This document shows, piece by piece, positions 29,857 through 38,831 of a stretch of DNA of 55,807 nucleotides. Each line of letters opens with the position of its first letter. Position 1 is the stretch's first letter. The stretch is from Syntrophomonadaceae bacterium (GTDB taxonomy: Bacteria; Bacillota; Dethiobacteria; DTU022; UBA8154). Where the stretch lies: contig PWRZ01000180.1 of NCBI GenBank assembly GCA_003563385.1, positions 1 through 55,807 of the forward strand, written 5' to 3'. Position numbers and translations under genes: made by a program. The notes under the pieces are model-generated. The model was given only the letters and a program-made list of their open reading frames with translations, did not search any database and was not told the origin of the DNA.

Positions 29857-29946
29857 TGGCGGGATTTTGCAAAAATAACGGGCAAAGGATTATTATTTAT
29901 GACAGATTCACATTTTCAGGGTAGACCCCCATGCCCCCACAGAACG

Positions 29947-29992
29947 AAAATTTTCAATGTGTCCCAAAATTTTCAATGTGTCCCGAAATTTT
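29947..29992. repeat. Tandem 19-nt direct repeat (2 copies plus partial)
   Basis: AAAATTTTCAATGTGTCCC at 29947-29965 and 29966-29984, then GAAATTTT. Confidence 0.85.
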
Positions 29993-30035
29993 AAAGAGGA
30001 GCCCTCCGGAGTTAACGGGGAGGCTCCTCTTTGTT
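29993..30035 (+). terminator. Rho-independent terminator
   Basis: AAAGAGGAGCC...GGCTCCTCTTT perfect 11-bp outer stem followed by T-rich sequence. Confidence 0.75.
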
Positions 30036-30053
30036 AATTAATTTATGGCCCGA

Positions 30054-30081
30054 AAAGGAAAAAGAGGTATTTTTGGCGAAT
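30054..30081 (+). promoter_or_regulatory. Candidate sigma-H-type promoter
   Basis: AAAGGAAAA-N12-GGCGAAT; AGGA to GAAT spacing 18 nt. Confidence 0.5.
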
Positions 30082-30130
30082 TATTCCGCTATAAATGTCG
30101 TTTGACCACTAAACCGGGGGGAGAAAGCTT

Positions 30131-31168
30131 TTGGGAGCTTACTATTTGTTTGTTTTAATTATTACCCTTATTTTTTTACTTTTCCTGGTTTTCTTTAGGA
30201 AAGCGTTTGTCGGGCTTACCGGCAGGGTCATTATTTTACTTATGTTATGGGCCTTTATCGCTTCTTCACTTTTTCCCGGGATTGTGAGCTTTCTGTCTCC
30301 GGCGCCCGCGCTGATGGCAGTATCATTTCTTGCCGTGGCCGGCGGGTATATTATTTACAGCAGGGCGGCGGAGACAAAAGAAACAGGGGAGGGCGCCGCT
30401 GCAGGGCATACCGGCCTGGAGAGAGACCTTCAGGTGGCCGGCGGCCCCGGGGCAAGTGGGCAGGTGGAGGCTCAAAGCCCTGTCTGCGGTGTACAGACAG
30501 GGGTGTCCCCGCTCCAACCGGCAGGGGTTACGGCAGGCGGCCATGCCTCTGATTCCTGTAAGAATTCTGTCCATGTTTCCGTGAGGGAAGGCGAAGAGAT
30601 AAGCGGAGAAGTCTCTTTTTCGGGGCCGATACCGGAAAAGGCGGAACCTGCCCGCAGCGCGGAGAGGCAGCGGGAGCGGGAAGGCAGGCCCCCGCTTTCG
30701 GAAGAAGGCGGGGAAACGTTCCCTGAAGATACTGCCAGCACAGAAACCAGCCCTAAAAGGGAGGGAAAGGAGGTTTTATTATTGCCACGGGGGGATAGGC
30801 CTTTAAATACCCTTGTAAACAGTGCTTACCAGGCCAAAGAAAAAGATGAACTGACCCTGGCCACAGAGCTTTTCAGCGAGGTGCTTTCCAGGACCGATGA
30901 CATTAATCTCAAGGGGATGGCGCTGACAGAGCTGATTTTTCTTTACAGGGACCAGGGGAGGTACCTGGAGGCAGCTGATATGATCGGGGAATTTTTAGCG
31001 GGGCACTCTTCTTCCCTGGAGCCTACCCTGAGCCGTTATTACAGGCAGATGTTTGCCTATATGCAGACCGTTGACGAGCTGTTAAAAAAGGCCAAAAGTC
31101 CTGGGCTTCCGTTTCCCCAGGTACCGCACTTGATTAAAATGAGCGCCGAAAAGGTATTGAAGGAGTAG
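30131..31168 (+). CDS. Hypothetical membrane protein: 3 N-terminal TM helices, low-complexity linker, TPR-like helical C-terminus
   Basis: Hydrophobic first ~78 aa; G/P/E/S-rich linker; AYQAKE...ELIFLYRDQGRYLEAA helical repeat; SD GGGGGGAG before TTG. Confidence 0.7.
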   Translation: MGAYYLFVLIITLIFLLFLVFFRKAFVGLTGRVIILLMLWAFIASSLFPGIVSFLSPAPALMAVSFLAVAGGYIIYSRAAETKETGEGAAAGHTGLERDLQVAGGPGASGQVEAQSPVCGVQTGVSPLQPAGVTAGGHASDSCKNSVHVSVREGEEISGEVSFSGPIPEKAEPARSAERQREREGRPPLSEEGGETFPEDTASTETSPKREGKEVLLLPRGDRPLNTLVNSAYQAKEKDELTLATELFSEVLSRTDDINLKGMALTELIFLYRDQGRYLEAADMIGEFLAGHSSSLEPTLSRYYRQMFAYMQTVDELLKKAKSPGLPFPQVPHLIKMSAEKVLKE

Positions 31169-31198
31169 GTGCAAAAAAACGTGGGAGGGTTAAAGAAA

Positions 31199-32053
31199 GT
31201 GAAAAAGAGCAAGGAAATAATCGGTTCCCCTGTTATCAGCATTGCTGATGGCATACAGGTCGATACTGTCAAAGGCCTCGTTGTTAACGCAGAACAAAAA
31301 AGCGTAGAGTTTCTGCTCCTGGATGAGCGTGAAAGAGCCAGTGAGTTGAGGGGAATCCCCTTTCGCTCGGCTGAAGGTGTGGGGGAGTTTGCGGTCACTG
31401 TAGGAAACAAGAGCAGTATTATTGATGTTATGAAAGTGGGGGCGCTCCAGGAGCTTATTGAAAAAGATATCAATGTAATTGGCACAAAAGTTATTACCTG
31501 CAAGGGAAAGTACCTGGGCGAAGTTACGGAGTTCTCCATGAATACGGAAAACGGGGCACTGGTTGAATTTTATTACAAGGGCGAAGGAGACGAGGAAAAA
31601 GCTGTTCCGGCAAAAGATGTTATTACCGTCGGCAAAGAAGTACTCGTTGTTAAGGAAACGGTGCCCCTGCAGGGAGCGGGGGGAGAACCGGCGGTAGTGG
31701 AGACAGGGGAAGAGGCCAAAAATTTTAACCAGGGAGATGATCGGTCGCAAGAAGGTGCCGTCCTTACCAGCACGAGGGAGAAAGAGGAGCTTTTGAGCCC
31801 TTCTCCCACGCCCTCTGCCACGGCTGAAGAGAGCACCGCTGCTGAGAAAAAAGGCGACCTGGATCCCGCGGAAATATTTATCCAGCGTCAGCGCCAGTAT
31901 GTTATTGGCAAGCCTTTGTTAAAAGATGTAAAAACTGATCAGGGAGAGGTCCTGGCCTGGGAAAATGAGGTGGTCACAGAAGAGCTTTTCAATCGCATAA
32001 AGGCCCTCGGGGCACAGAAGCTGATGGAACTGGCCATGTCTGTCAGGGAGTAG
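31199..32053 (+). CDS. PRC-barrel domain protein (YlmC/YmxH-like tandem barrels)
   Basis: KEIIGSPVISIADG...VKGLVVN and IGTKVITCKGKYLGEVTEF PRC-barrel repeats; SD GGGAGGG. Confidence 0.8.
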   Translation: MKKSKEIIGSPVISIADGIQVDTVKGLVVNAEQKSVEFLLLDERERASELRGIPFRSAEGVGEFAVTVGNKSSIIDVMKVGALQELIEKDINVIGTKVITCKGKYLGEVTEFSMNTENGALVEFYYKGEGDEEKAVPAKDVITVGKEVLVVKETVPLQGAGGEPAVVETGEEAKNFNQGDDRSQEGAVLTSTREKEELLSPSPTPSATAEESTAAEKKGDLDPAEIFIQRQRQYVIGKPLLKDVKTDQGEVLAWENEVVTEELFNRIKALGAQKLMELAMSVRE

Positions 32054-32123
32054 AGCTGAATAGTTAAAAATTGTAAGCTTAACTGTTTTTACTTTGACCG
32101 TTTTACTTGGGAGGGGTTAACGA

Positions 32124-33476
32124 GTGGCTGGTTCTCAGCGCAAGGTCTTGCTTGTGCTGCTGTTGTTAATTCATGTCCTGGTAGGCACCGGTGGAGGGAT
32201 TGGAGCGGCCTTCTATCATTACCGGCACAATGATATTGTCTGCCCCGGTGCAGTAATATCGAGGGTGCCTGTTGGCGGGTTGAATTATAAAGAAGCCCGG
32301 GAGCTTTTAAACGAGCAGTTGAAATCGCCTTCTTACCTGTCTTTTACCTGGAAGGAAAGCGCATTTCGGGTTGATCTCGATGAAAATGTGGCCCGCTTTG
32401 CTCTTGACAGAGCGTTCCAGGATGCCGCGGAGCTGTGCAGTATCAATAGAGAGTGGCACCATTTTTTTAACGTGGTCAGGTGGTTCCCCCACGGCAGGGA
32501 TATAATAGCCCCCCTAACTGTCTCTTACCCTCATCTAAAAGAGATGATCGAGGATTTAAAGAGTGAGGTGGTGAAGGAACCCGAAGATGCCACGATAATA
32601 ATTGAAGAAGGCCACCCCCGGGTGCTCGCGGAAAAACAGGGACGTAAAATCGATATCAACAAAAGTATCGAAACAGCAGTTCAGTATCTTGCGGAGGGCT
32701 GCTATGAACAGATACCTTTACAGGTAAAAATTGTCCAACCGGCAGTTACAGCTAAAAGCCTCCCTGATTACAGCGCCGTTTTGGCATACCATGAAACTCC
32801 GCTGGATGAAGACAACACCGACAGGAACTATAACATCATGCTGGCATTGCGTGCCATCCACGGGATCGTAATCGAGCCGGGGGAGGTGTTTTCATTTAAC
32901 GAGACGATCGGCCCGGTTACCGCCAAAAAAGGCTACAGGGAGGTCCTCGTCATCAGGAACAGGAAATTTGTACCCGGGATTGGCGGGGGCATTTGCCAGG
33001 TAGCTACTACCTTGTACGGTGTTGCCTTAAGAACAGAGCTGGAAATAGTGCAGCGGTCAAACCACAGCAGGCCCGTTTCTTATGTCCCCCTGGGCCAGGA
33101 TGCCACTGTGGCCCAGCATATAATAGACTTGAAGATAAGGAACAACCGTGACTTCCCGGTTATGCTTGTCGGAGATATGAACAGCTACCTGCGAATCGTC
33201 CTTTTTGGTGCTGAAAGCGACCCCCACCGCGAAGTGAAAATTGTAAGTGAAGATATAGAAACGATCTCGCCGCGGCTGCTGGAACAGCCCGACCCAAGCC
33301 TGCCCGTTGGGGTCAGGCAGCAAGTCCAGGAAGGAGAGGAAGGCTACCGCGTAAACGTTTACCGTGTTTTCTATGAGGAAGGCGTGGAGGCCGAAAGAGA
33401 ACTTGTTTCCACCGATGTATACCTTCCTGTTAATGAGGTTGTCAGGGTTGGGATAAAGAAGCAAATAAATAAGTAA
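32124..33476 (+). CDS. VanW family protein with peptidoglycan-binding and G5 domains
   Basis: N-terminal TM anchor, RNYNIMLA, PGEVFSFNETIG, GGGICQVATTLY, RSNHS, PLGQDATV, C-terminal G5-like QEGEEGY. Confidence 0.9.
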   Translation: MAGSQRKVLLVLLLLIHVLVGTGGGIGAAFYHYRHNDIVCPGAVISRVPVGGLNYKEARELLNEQLKSPSYLSFTWKESAFRVDLDENVARFALDRAFQDAAELCSINREWHHFFNVVRWFPHGRDIIAPLTVSYPHLKEMIEDLKSEVVKEPEDATIIIEEGHPRVLAEKQGRKIDINKSIETAVQYLAEGCYEQIPLQVKIVQPAVTAKSLPDYSAVLAYHETPLDEDNTDRNYNIMLALRAIHGIVIEPGEVFSFNETIGPVTAKKGYREVLVIRNRKFVPGIGGGICQVATTLYGVALRTELEIVQRSNHSRPVSYVPLGQDATVAQHIIDLKIRNNRDFPVMLVGDMNSYLRIVLFGAESDPHREVKIVSEDIETISPRLLEQPDPSLPVGVRQQVQEGEEGYRVNVYRVFYEEGVEAERELVSTDVYLPVNEVVRVGIKKQINK

Positions 33477-33751
33477 CAGCACCTCCACTTAGTGAACCTT
33501 TTTGCTTCGCTGTACAGATTGAGCGGGCTGCATCATCTTGCCATCATCAGGTAGTTGCTATTTACGAACTTGCAAGCATCCGCTTCGGCAGCATTTTTGC
33601 TGTTGGGGCTGGAGGGAGCTTTTTATTGTTGATGATCTCAGCAGGCCTGTCCAAAGCGGGGTACGCACTGGGTTCGAACTGACACGGGTATGAATGGGTT
33701 ATGAATGGATATAGAGATAAATATAGAGATAGATATAGAAATGGTGAAGTA

Positions 33752-35218
33752 ATGTTTCCTTTTATGCATTTTCTATTAACAACGGCCCAAAAGCGGGGCA
33801 TTTCCCTCTACATTGTAGGCGGATTTGTCCGAGATATCCTGCTGGGCCGCGACAGCTATGACCTGGACATGGTAACAACGATGAACCCGCGTGCACTGGG
33901 ACTGGAGATTGCTGAGCATGCTGGAGGGCATTATTTTGAACTGAACGTGGAGCATGCAACCTCGAGAATTTACCTGGTACATGAAGGCACTGACTGGGAG
34001 GTGGATGTCGGTCCCTTGAAAGGGAGGAATATAATGGAGGACCTCCAGAAAAGAGATTTCACTGTCAATGCCATGGGCATATCTATAGAAGATTTTTCCC
34101 GGAAAAAAGACTGGTGGAACTATGTCCTGGACCCTACCGGCGGCAGGACAGACCTGCAAAAAAGATTGCTCCGGGTCACCGGCGAAGAAGCCTTACACAA
34201 AGACCCCATCCGTATCTTGAGGGGTATTCGCCTTTCCTCCAAGCTGGATTTTTTAATAGAAGAAAAAACAGTGCAGCTCTTTGAAACAAACAGGGCCCTC
34301 CTTTCCGGGGTGGCGGGGGAAAGACTGAAACTGGAAATGGGTAGGCTGCTCGAAAAACCGGCGGCGCGTTCTTTTGAACAAATGTATCATCTTCAACTGA
34401 TGGAGGAGCTGTTACCGCCGCTGGGTGAACTGATGGAGAGAAGCTGGAAATATTACAGCCCCCGCGGCCTGGAGCATTCACTGCTCACCCTTAATTATTT
34501 TGAAAGTATAACAGATGATATGCCTTTCCCCATGCACTGGGAAAAAATGCTCCAGCTATACCTGGACAAAAAAGTAAAGGGCGGCTGGAAGGTAAGGCAG
34601 ATCCTGAAGCTGGCCGCTTTCTTACACAATATTGTCGGTTATTCTGCTGTCCCTCCTGATAAAAATACCGGGGAGGTGCTGCAGAGAAAGGAAGCCGGAT
34701 ACGTGCGTAACTACAGCAGGCGCTTGCACATGAGCCGGGAGGAAGAAAAAAAGCTCGACAGGTTCGTCCTTTATTATATATATCCTTTATGGCTGTACAG
34801 GGTCCCGCACCGGACCGGTGGAACTCTTTATGGTTTTTACAGGGCTCTTGGCACTGATACCCCCGGTATCCTGCTGCTGTCCCTGGTCGATTACTATGCT
34901 TTGTGGGATCTTCTTCCCGCCAGGGAAAAAGAGTATCTGCCATCCCCCAGGGAATACAAAAAGTTCATCGATAACCTGCTTTACCGGTATTTCTTTGAAG
35001 AAGAAAGGTATGTGCGTCCTCCTTCCCTAATTGCCGGGAGCGAGATAATGGACCGCTTGGGTATTGATGAAGGGCCGCTGGTCGGCTGGATCCTGGAGAT
35101 AATTGCGGAAGCACAGGCAGAAGGTACTGTTACAACCAGGAAAGAGGCTATTGACCTGGCTAAAAAAGAATACCGCAGCATACGCAATGGAAAGGAGAGA
35201 ATTGGAAGAAGTGTTTGA
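33752..35218 (+). CDS. Class II tRNA nucleotidyltransferase, probably CC-adding type
   Basis: VGGFVRDILLG..DLD, EDLQKRDFTVNAM, DPTGG..DL, DPIRILRGIR; flexible loop before EDL absent; HD site reads HN. Confidence 0.85.
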   Translation: MFPFMHFLLTTAQKRGISLYIVGGFVRDILLGRDSYDLDMVTTMNPRALGLEIAEHAGGHYFELNVEHATSRIYLVHEGTDWEVDVGPLKGRNIMEDLQKRDFTVNAMGISIEDFSRKKDWWNYVLDPTGGRTDLQKRLLRVTGEEALHKDPIRILRGIRLSSKLDFLIEEKTVQLFETNRALLSGVAGERLKLEMGRLLEKPAARSFEQMYHLQLMEELLPPLGELMERSWKYYSPRGLEHSLLTLNYFESITDDMPFPMHWEKMLQLYLDKKVKGGWKVRQILKLAAFLHNIVGYSAVPPDKNTGEVLQRKEAGYVRNYSRRLHMSREEEKKLDRFVLYYIYPLWLYRVPHRTGGTLYGFYRALGTDTPGILLLSLVDYYALWDLLPAREKEYLPSPREYKKFIDNLLYRYFFEEERYVRPPSLIAGSEIMDRLGIDEGPLVGWILEIIAEAQAEGTVTTRKEAIDLAKKEYRSIRNGKERIGRSV

Positions 35219-35243
35219 CAATTGTTTGCACGGGTGTTACAAT
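35215..35243 (+). promoter_or_regulatory. Sigma-A promoter (extended -10) upstream of riboswitch
   Basis: TTGACA (35215-35220), 17 nt, TG-N-TACAAT (35238-35243). Confidence 0.8.
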
Positions 35244-35272
35244 TTTAAAGAAGTGTTTAAATATTTATTCTG

Positions 35273-35359
35273 TTTCCGCCAGGGCAAACTTACTGAAAAG
35301 TAAGGACGCAAAGCTATGGGTCTAAAGCGGTACAGCTAGGACTGCCAGGCTGCCGGAAA
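35273..35359 (+). ncRNA. Cyclic di-GMP-I (GEMM) riboswitch
   Basis: CAGGGCAAAC-ttact-GAAA-agtaa-GGACGCAAAGC...GGTCTAA...GGCTGCC matches GEMM consensus; P1 TTTCCG/CGGAAA. Confidence 0.93.
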
Positions 35360-35494
35360 AGCTTTATGTAGTCAAGTCTTCTGCATATTGCTGATCATCG
35401 CAGTCACTGCTACCGTTAAAGGTGGTCTGGGGCTGCGTTTTTTAAATTTGTTTGCCGGAACAGGGCTATCCAGCTCGGGAGGTGGGATTAGCAG

Positions 35495-37309
35495 ATGAGT
35501 GATCATATATCTCTTAGAGAAAGCGGAGAAGGGGAAGATGGACGGTGGGAAATAAAGGACGGCCGTTTGATTGTGACTGATCCACTTGGGGAAGGACTTC
35601 CTGTTGTGGTTGTGCCTCATCAGCGCGCGGAGATAAAAGTAAACGACCAAATTGTTAATGCTCCCCTCCGTGTTGCTTCCAGTGACAGAGTGGAGATTGT
35701 ACCGCTTGTTGAAGAAATACCCGGTTACATAGAAGTTATAATTGACGAAGGTGGGATGCAGGCAAGTGTCAGGGTGATGCCGCGCCAGGTTAAAAAGATG
35801 AAGCTCAAAGACACCGCCGGCTGGCAGGAACTGGAGCTTTTCTTCGAAGAAGATGAAGTAAGTGAAACCGGCGAGGTAACTGAAGAGGATATTAATGCCG
35901 CGCTGAGGGAAAAGGGCGTTGTCTCCGGTATCAATTCTTTCCTGGTCAAAAAGGCTGTCAAAAAGGCCGGCAAAGAGTGGGAGGTTGTGGCCAGGGGTAA
36001 AGAGATGAAAAAAGGCAGGGACGGCTATGTGGAGTTATTTTTTAACCCCTCTACCAGGATTTCTTCCTACGATGACAGTGACCTGGCCAGGGTGGATTAC
36101 AAGGAAAAGGTGGTAATACCCTCTGTAAAGGAGGGGGACAAGCTGGCTTATATACACCCACCTGTTCCTGGAGAGCCGGGCCAACTGGTTACCGGTGAAG
36201 TAATAGAACCCCCTCCAGTGCACGAGGTTGCTGTTGTCTGCAAGGAAGGCTGTGAGCTTGATGGGGAAGGCAGTGTTCTGGCAACAAGTGCCGGCAGGCC
36301 CGCCGCAGAAGGGAAACATAACGAAAAAATCAGGGTGGTGCCTCTTTATGTGCACAGCGGCGATGTAGATCTCAAGAGCGGCAACCTGCGTTTTAAGGGT
36401 GCAATCAGGGTAACCGGTGACATTCTTGAGGGTATGACAGTAGAGAGCCATGGAGACCTTGAAGTCCTCGGCAATACCGCAGGTGCGGAGATAATTGCCG
36501 GAGGCAGGGCTATTTTTAATAAAAACGTTATCAATTCAACGGTTGCCTCGGGGATATTAAAGGATCTTTATGCGAAACTGCTTCCCTATCTCCAGGAAAT
36601 TGAAGTGATAGTAACGGCAATGACGGAAGGGATAGAGCAGCTGGGCGAGACCCTGGTCAGCAAGGGCAAGCAGCTGGGGGAACAGGAAATGATGCGCCTA
36701 TCGAAGCTCATTGCCCAGAAAAAGTACAGCAACCTGCCCGATTTGGTAAAAGAAGCCCTGGGTGTATGCGGGAAAGCGAAGTTTCCTCCCCCGGCAAACA
36801 TTGCCGGAACAATGGAGGAAATAGGGCGGTTTTTAAGACAGCTGGAGGGGGAAGGCGTGCTCAGCGATTACCTGAAGGAGCTGGACGAGGATATTAAATC
36901 GGCTATTGCTTTTCTTGAAAAGGGACAGAAAATGCCCGGAGATGTGGTTGCGAATTACGTGCAAAACTGCCGTGTCCAGTCAGGCGGGAACATTATTATC
37001 AAAGGGGCCGGCTGCTACAATTCTCAATTCAGCGCCGGGGGAGATGTCCATATTAAAGGCGTCTTCCGGGGTGGAGAAATTAGGGCTGCCGGCAATGTCG
37101 ATATAGGAGAGGCCGGGTCCCCGGGGCTGCTCATGAAGCAGGGTCGAATCTACCTGGCCGCAGGCTCTATTGCCCGGTTCCAGAAGATATACGAAAATGT
37201 ACAGCTGTTTTTCGGCAAACGCTCCTATAAATTTTCAGAAGACAGGGGCAGTGTCAAAGTATATTATTCGCCGCCGCCAGAGGATTCCGTAAAGATAGTA
37301 CATATATAA
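35495..37309 (+). CDS. FapA/DUF342 family protein
   Basis: ALREKGVVSGI, VARGK..GRDG, VDYKE, GDVDLKSGNLRFKGAIRVTGDI, beta-helix repeats. Confidence 0.85.
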   Translation: MSDHISLRESGEGEDGRWEIKDGRLIVTDPLGEGLPVVVVPHQRAEIKVNDQIVNAPLRVASSDRVEIVPLVEEIPGYIEVIIDEGGMQASVRVMPRQVKKMKLKDTAGWQELELFFEEDEVSETGEVTEEDINAALREKGVVSGINSFLVKKAVKKAGKEWEVVARGKEMKKGRDGYVELFFNPSTRISSYDDSDLARVDYKEKVVIPSVKEGDKLAYIHPPVPGEPGQLVTGEVIEPPPVHEVAVVCKEGCELDGEGSVLATSAGRPAAEGKHNEKIRVVPLYVHSGDVDLKSGNLRFKGAIRVTGDILEGMTVESHGDLEVLGNTAGAEIIAGGRAIFNKNVINSTVASGILKDLYAKLLPYLQEIEVIVTAMTEGIEQLGETLVSKGKQLGEQEMMRLSKLIAQKKYSNLPDLVKEALGVCGKAKFPPPANIAGTMEEIGRFLRQLEGEGVLSDYLKELDEDIKSAIAFLEKGQKMPGDVVANYVQNCRVQSGGNIIIKGAGCYNSQFSAGGDVHIKGVFRGGEIRAAGNVDIGEAGSPGLLMKQGRIYLAAGSIARFQKIYENVQLFFGKRSYKFSEDRGSVKVYYSPPPEDSVKIVHI

Positions 37310-37342
37310 AGGCAGGCGTCGGCCTTTTCCCCTTCCCTTTTT

Positions 37343-38119
37343 TCAGCGGCCGTCTTTGTTGTTGCCTCCCCAGATAGTTACAATAAGCGCCCCCGCTGCT
37401 GCGGCAAGGATAACAGAAATGTGCAATTCGGCAGGGAACAGGGTCCGACCGGACCCCAAAATCATTCCGGCGGTAAAAAAAGAGAAAAAACCTTTGTACC
37501 GCTGGAACACCAGCGCTATAATCCTGGCCAGCCCGAACAGCCCTATAATGCAGCCGGCGGCAAATATAAGAAGAGGAAGCCAGTCCAGGTTTCGCAGGAA
37601 ATCCAGTATATCCCGGTACACACCCATAATAATGAGGACGGCGCTGCCTGATATGCCCGGTATAAGCATGGTGGCGCTGGATACAATCCCGGCCAAAAAG
37701 ATAACTACATTGGAAGTGTATTCCCCCAGGGGCAGTACGGCAAGGGGCTCAATAGCAATGATCCAGCCTAAAACGGTGCCCCAAATGAGGTATACGCTTC
37801 TTTTTTTGGAGAACGTACATTTATTGATCCGCAGTATAAGAGGCGCCGAGGCCCAGAGGGCGCCGAGAAGAAAGGAATAAATAACCTGCGGCCAGACGTT
37901 TAAGAGGTGGTGCAGGGAGTGGGCCCAGAAGAGCAGTCCTGCTGCAGTGCCTGCGGCAAATGTTATGTATGGCTTTAGGTTGAAAGTGGCCAGGTCCAGG
38001 AGAATCTGCCTGTATAAGCCCAGGATTATAAATGCAGTTCCACCGCTGAGCCCCGGCAGGATAAGGGCAAACCCCATGAATATCCCCTGCAAGAATTTTT
38101 TCAATTTTTTGTCCTCCAC
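37343..38119 (-). CDS. DUF368 family membrane protein (putative undecaprenyl-phosphate translocase)
   Basis: Duplicated motifs GIFMGFALILPGLSGGT and ATMLIPGISGS in a multi-TM protein. Confidence 0.85.
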   Translation of the reverse strand: MEDKKLKKFLQGIFMGFALILPGLSGGTAFIILGLYRQILLDLATFNLKPYITFAAGTAAGLLFWAHSLHHLLNVWPQVIYSFLLGALWASAPLILRINKCTFSKKRSVYLIWGTVLGWIIAIEPLAVLPLGEYTSNVVIFLAGIVSSATMLIPGISGSAVLIIMGVYRDILDFLRNLDWLPLLIFAAGCIIGLFGLARIIALVFQRYKGFFSFFTAGMILGSGRTLFPAELHISVILAAAAGALIVTIWGGNNKDGR

Positions 38120-38222
38120 TATCCTTTTTTTTCATATTCTATTATTTGGGCCGCATACCTGCTTCAATTGACAAAAAGAATGGTTTATAATAGCATAAGT
38201 TAAATGGCGAGGAGGATGAAGC

Positions 38223-38390
38223 GTGGAAGAAGCGAAGAAAAAACTGCTCGAAAGCGCTCCTAAGGGAAGGTTGCCCTGCGTCATCGCTTTCAAGGTTGCC
38301 AGAGATTACAATTTGACGGCTGCAGAGGTCGGACAGCTGTGCAATGAGCTTAAAATAAAGATAGTGAACTGCCAGCTGGGATGCTTTTAA
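38223..38390 (+). CDS. Small conserved-looking protein (55 aa) ending CQLGCF, missing from ORF track
   Basis: Hand translation MEEAKKKLLESAPKGRLPCVIAFKVARDYNLTAAEVGQLCNELKIKIVNCQLGCF*; SD GAGGAGG 7 nt before GTG; TTGACA (38168) and TATAAT/TAGCAT upstream. Confidence 0.8.
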   Translation: MEEAKKKLLESAPKGRLPCVIAFKVARDYNLTAAEVGQLCNELKIKIVNCQLGCF

Positions 38391-38391
38391 G

Positions 38392-38763
38392 GTTGACAAA
38401 GGGACGGGGTACCTGTCAAGTTGACAAGGGGACGCAAGTTGACAGGGGGACGGGGTACCTGTCAACATTGGTGCCTGGCAACGTTGACAAGGGTGACAGA
38501 GGGACGGGGTACCTGTCAACATTTTAACACTATACAGTGTAAACCTTACTCAGGTACCATCTACCTGAACCCTTATTCATGTGGAACAATGGTTCTGTCC
38601 CCGAATTTGAATTTCCCCTGGGACCGCCTAATTTTTTTCTAATCAGGTTATCAAGATATCCCTCAGGTTGACAGGTACCCCGTCCCCCTGTCACCCAGGT
38701 TGACAGGTACCCCGTCCCCCTGTCACCGGTACCCCGTCCCCCTGTCCCCCCCCCCCTGTCACC
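38392..38763. repeat. Inverted array of 29-nt palindromic REP-like repeats
   Basis: G(T/G)TGACA(A/G)(A/G)GGGACGGGGTACCTGTCAA(C/G) at 38392-38420, 38438-38466, 38492-38520; reverse-complement copies at 38667-38695, 38699-38727 and partial 38728-38763. Confidence 0.9.
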
Positions 38764-38831
38764 CCCCCCGGAGGTACGTCACCGTGCTATCTTTTGGGGT
38801 GGCTGGATTGAAGGAGCTGCGGTAAAGGAGT

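Noticed and set aside
33690-33745. Short tandem repeats (TATGAATGG x2, ATATAGAGATA x2-3) as an N-terminal coding extension
   Set aside because: Low-complexity slippage upstream of the likely start at 33752; no function supportable.
38392-38763. CRISPR array
   Set aside because: Irregular or absent spacers, both orientations, no cas genes in the window.
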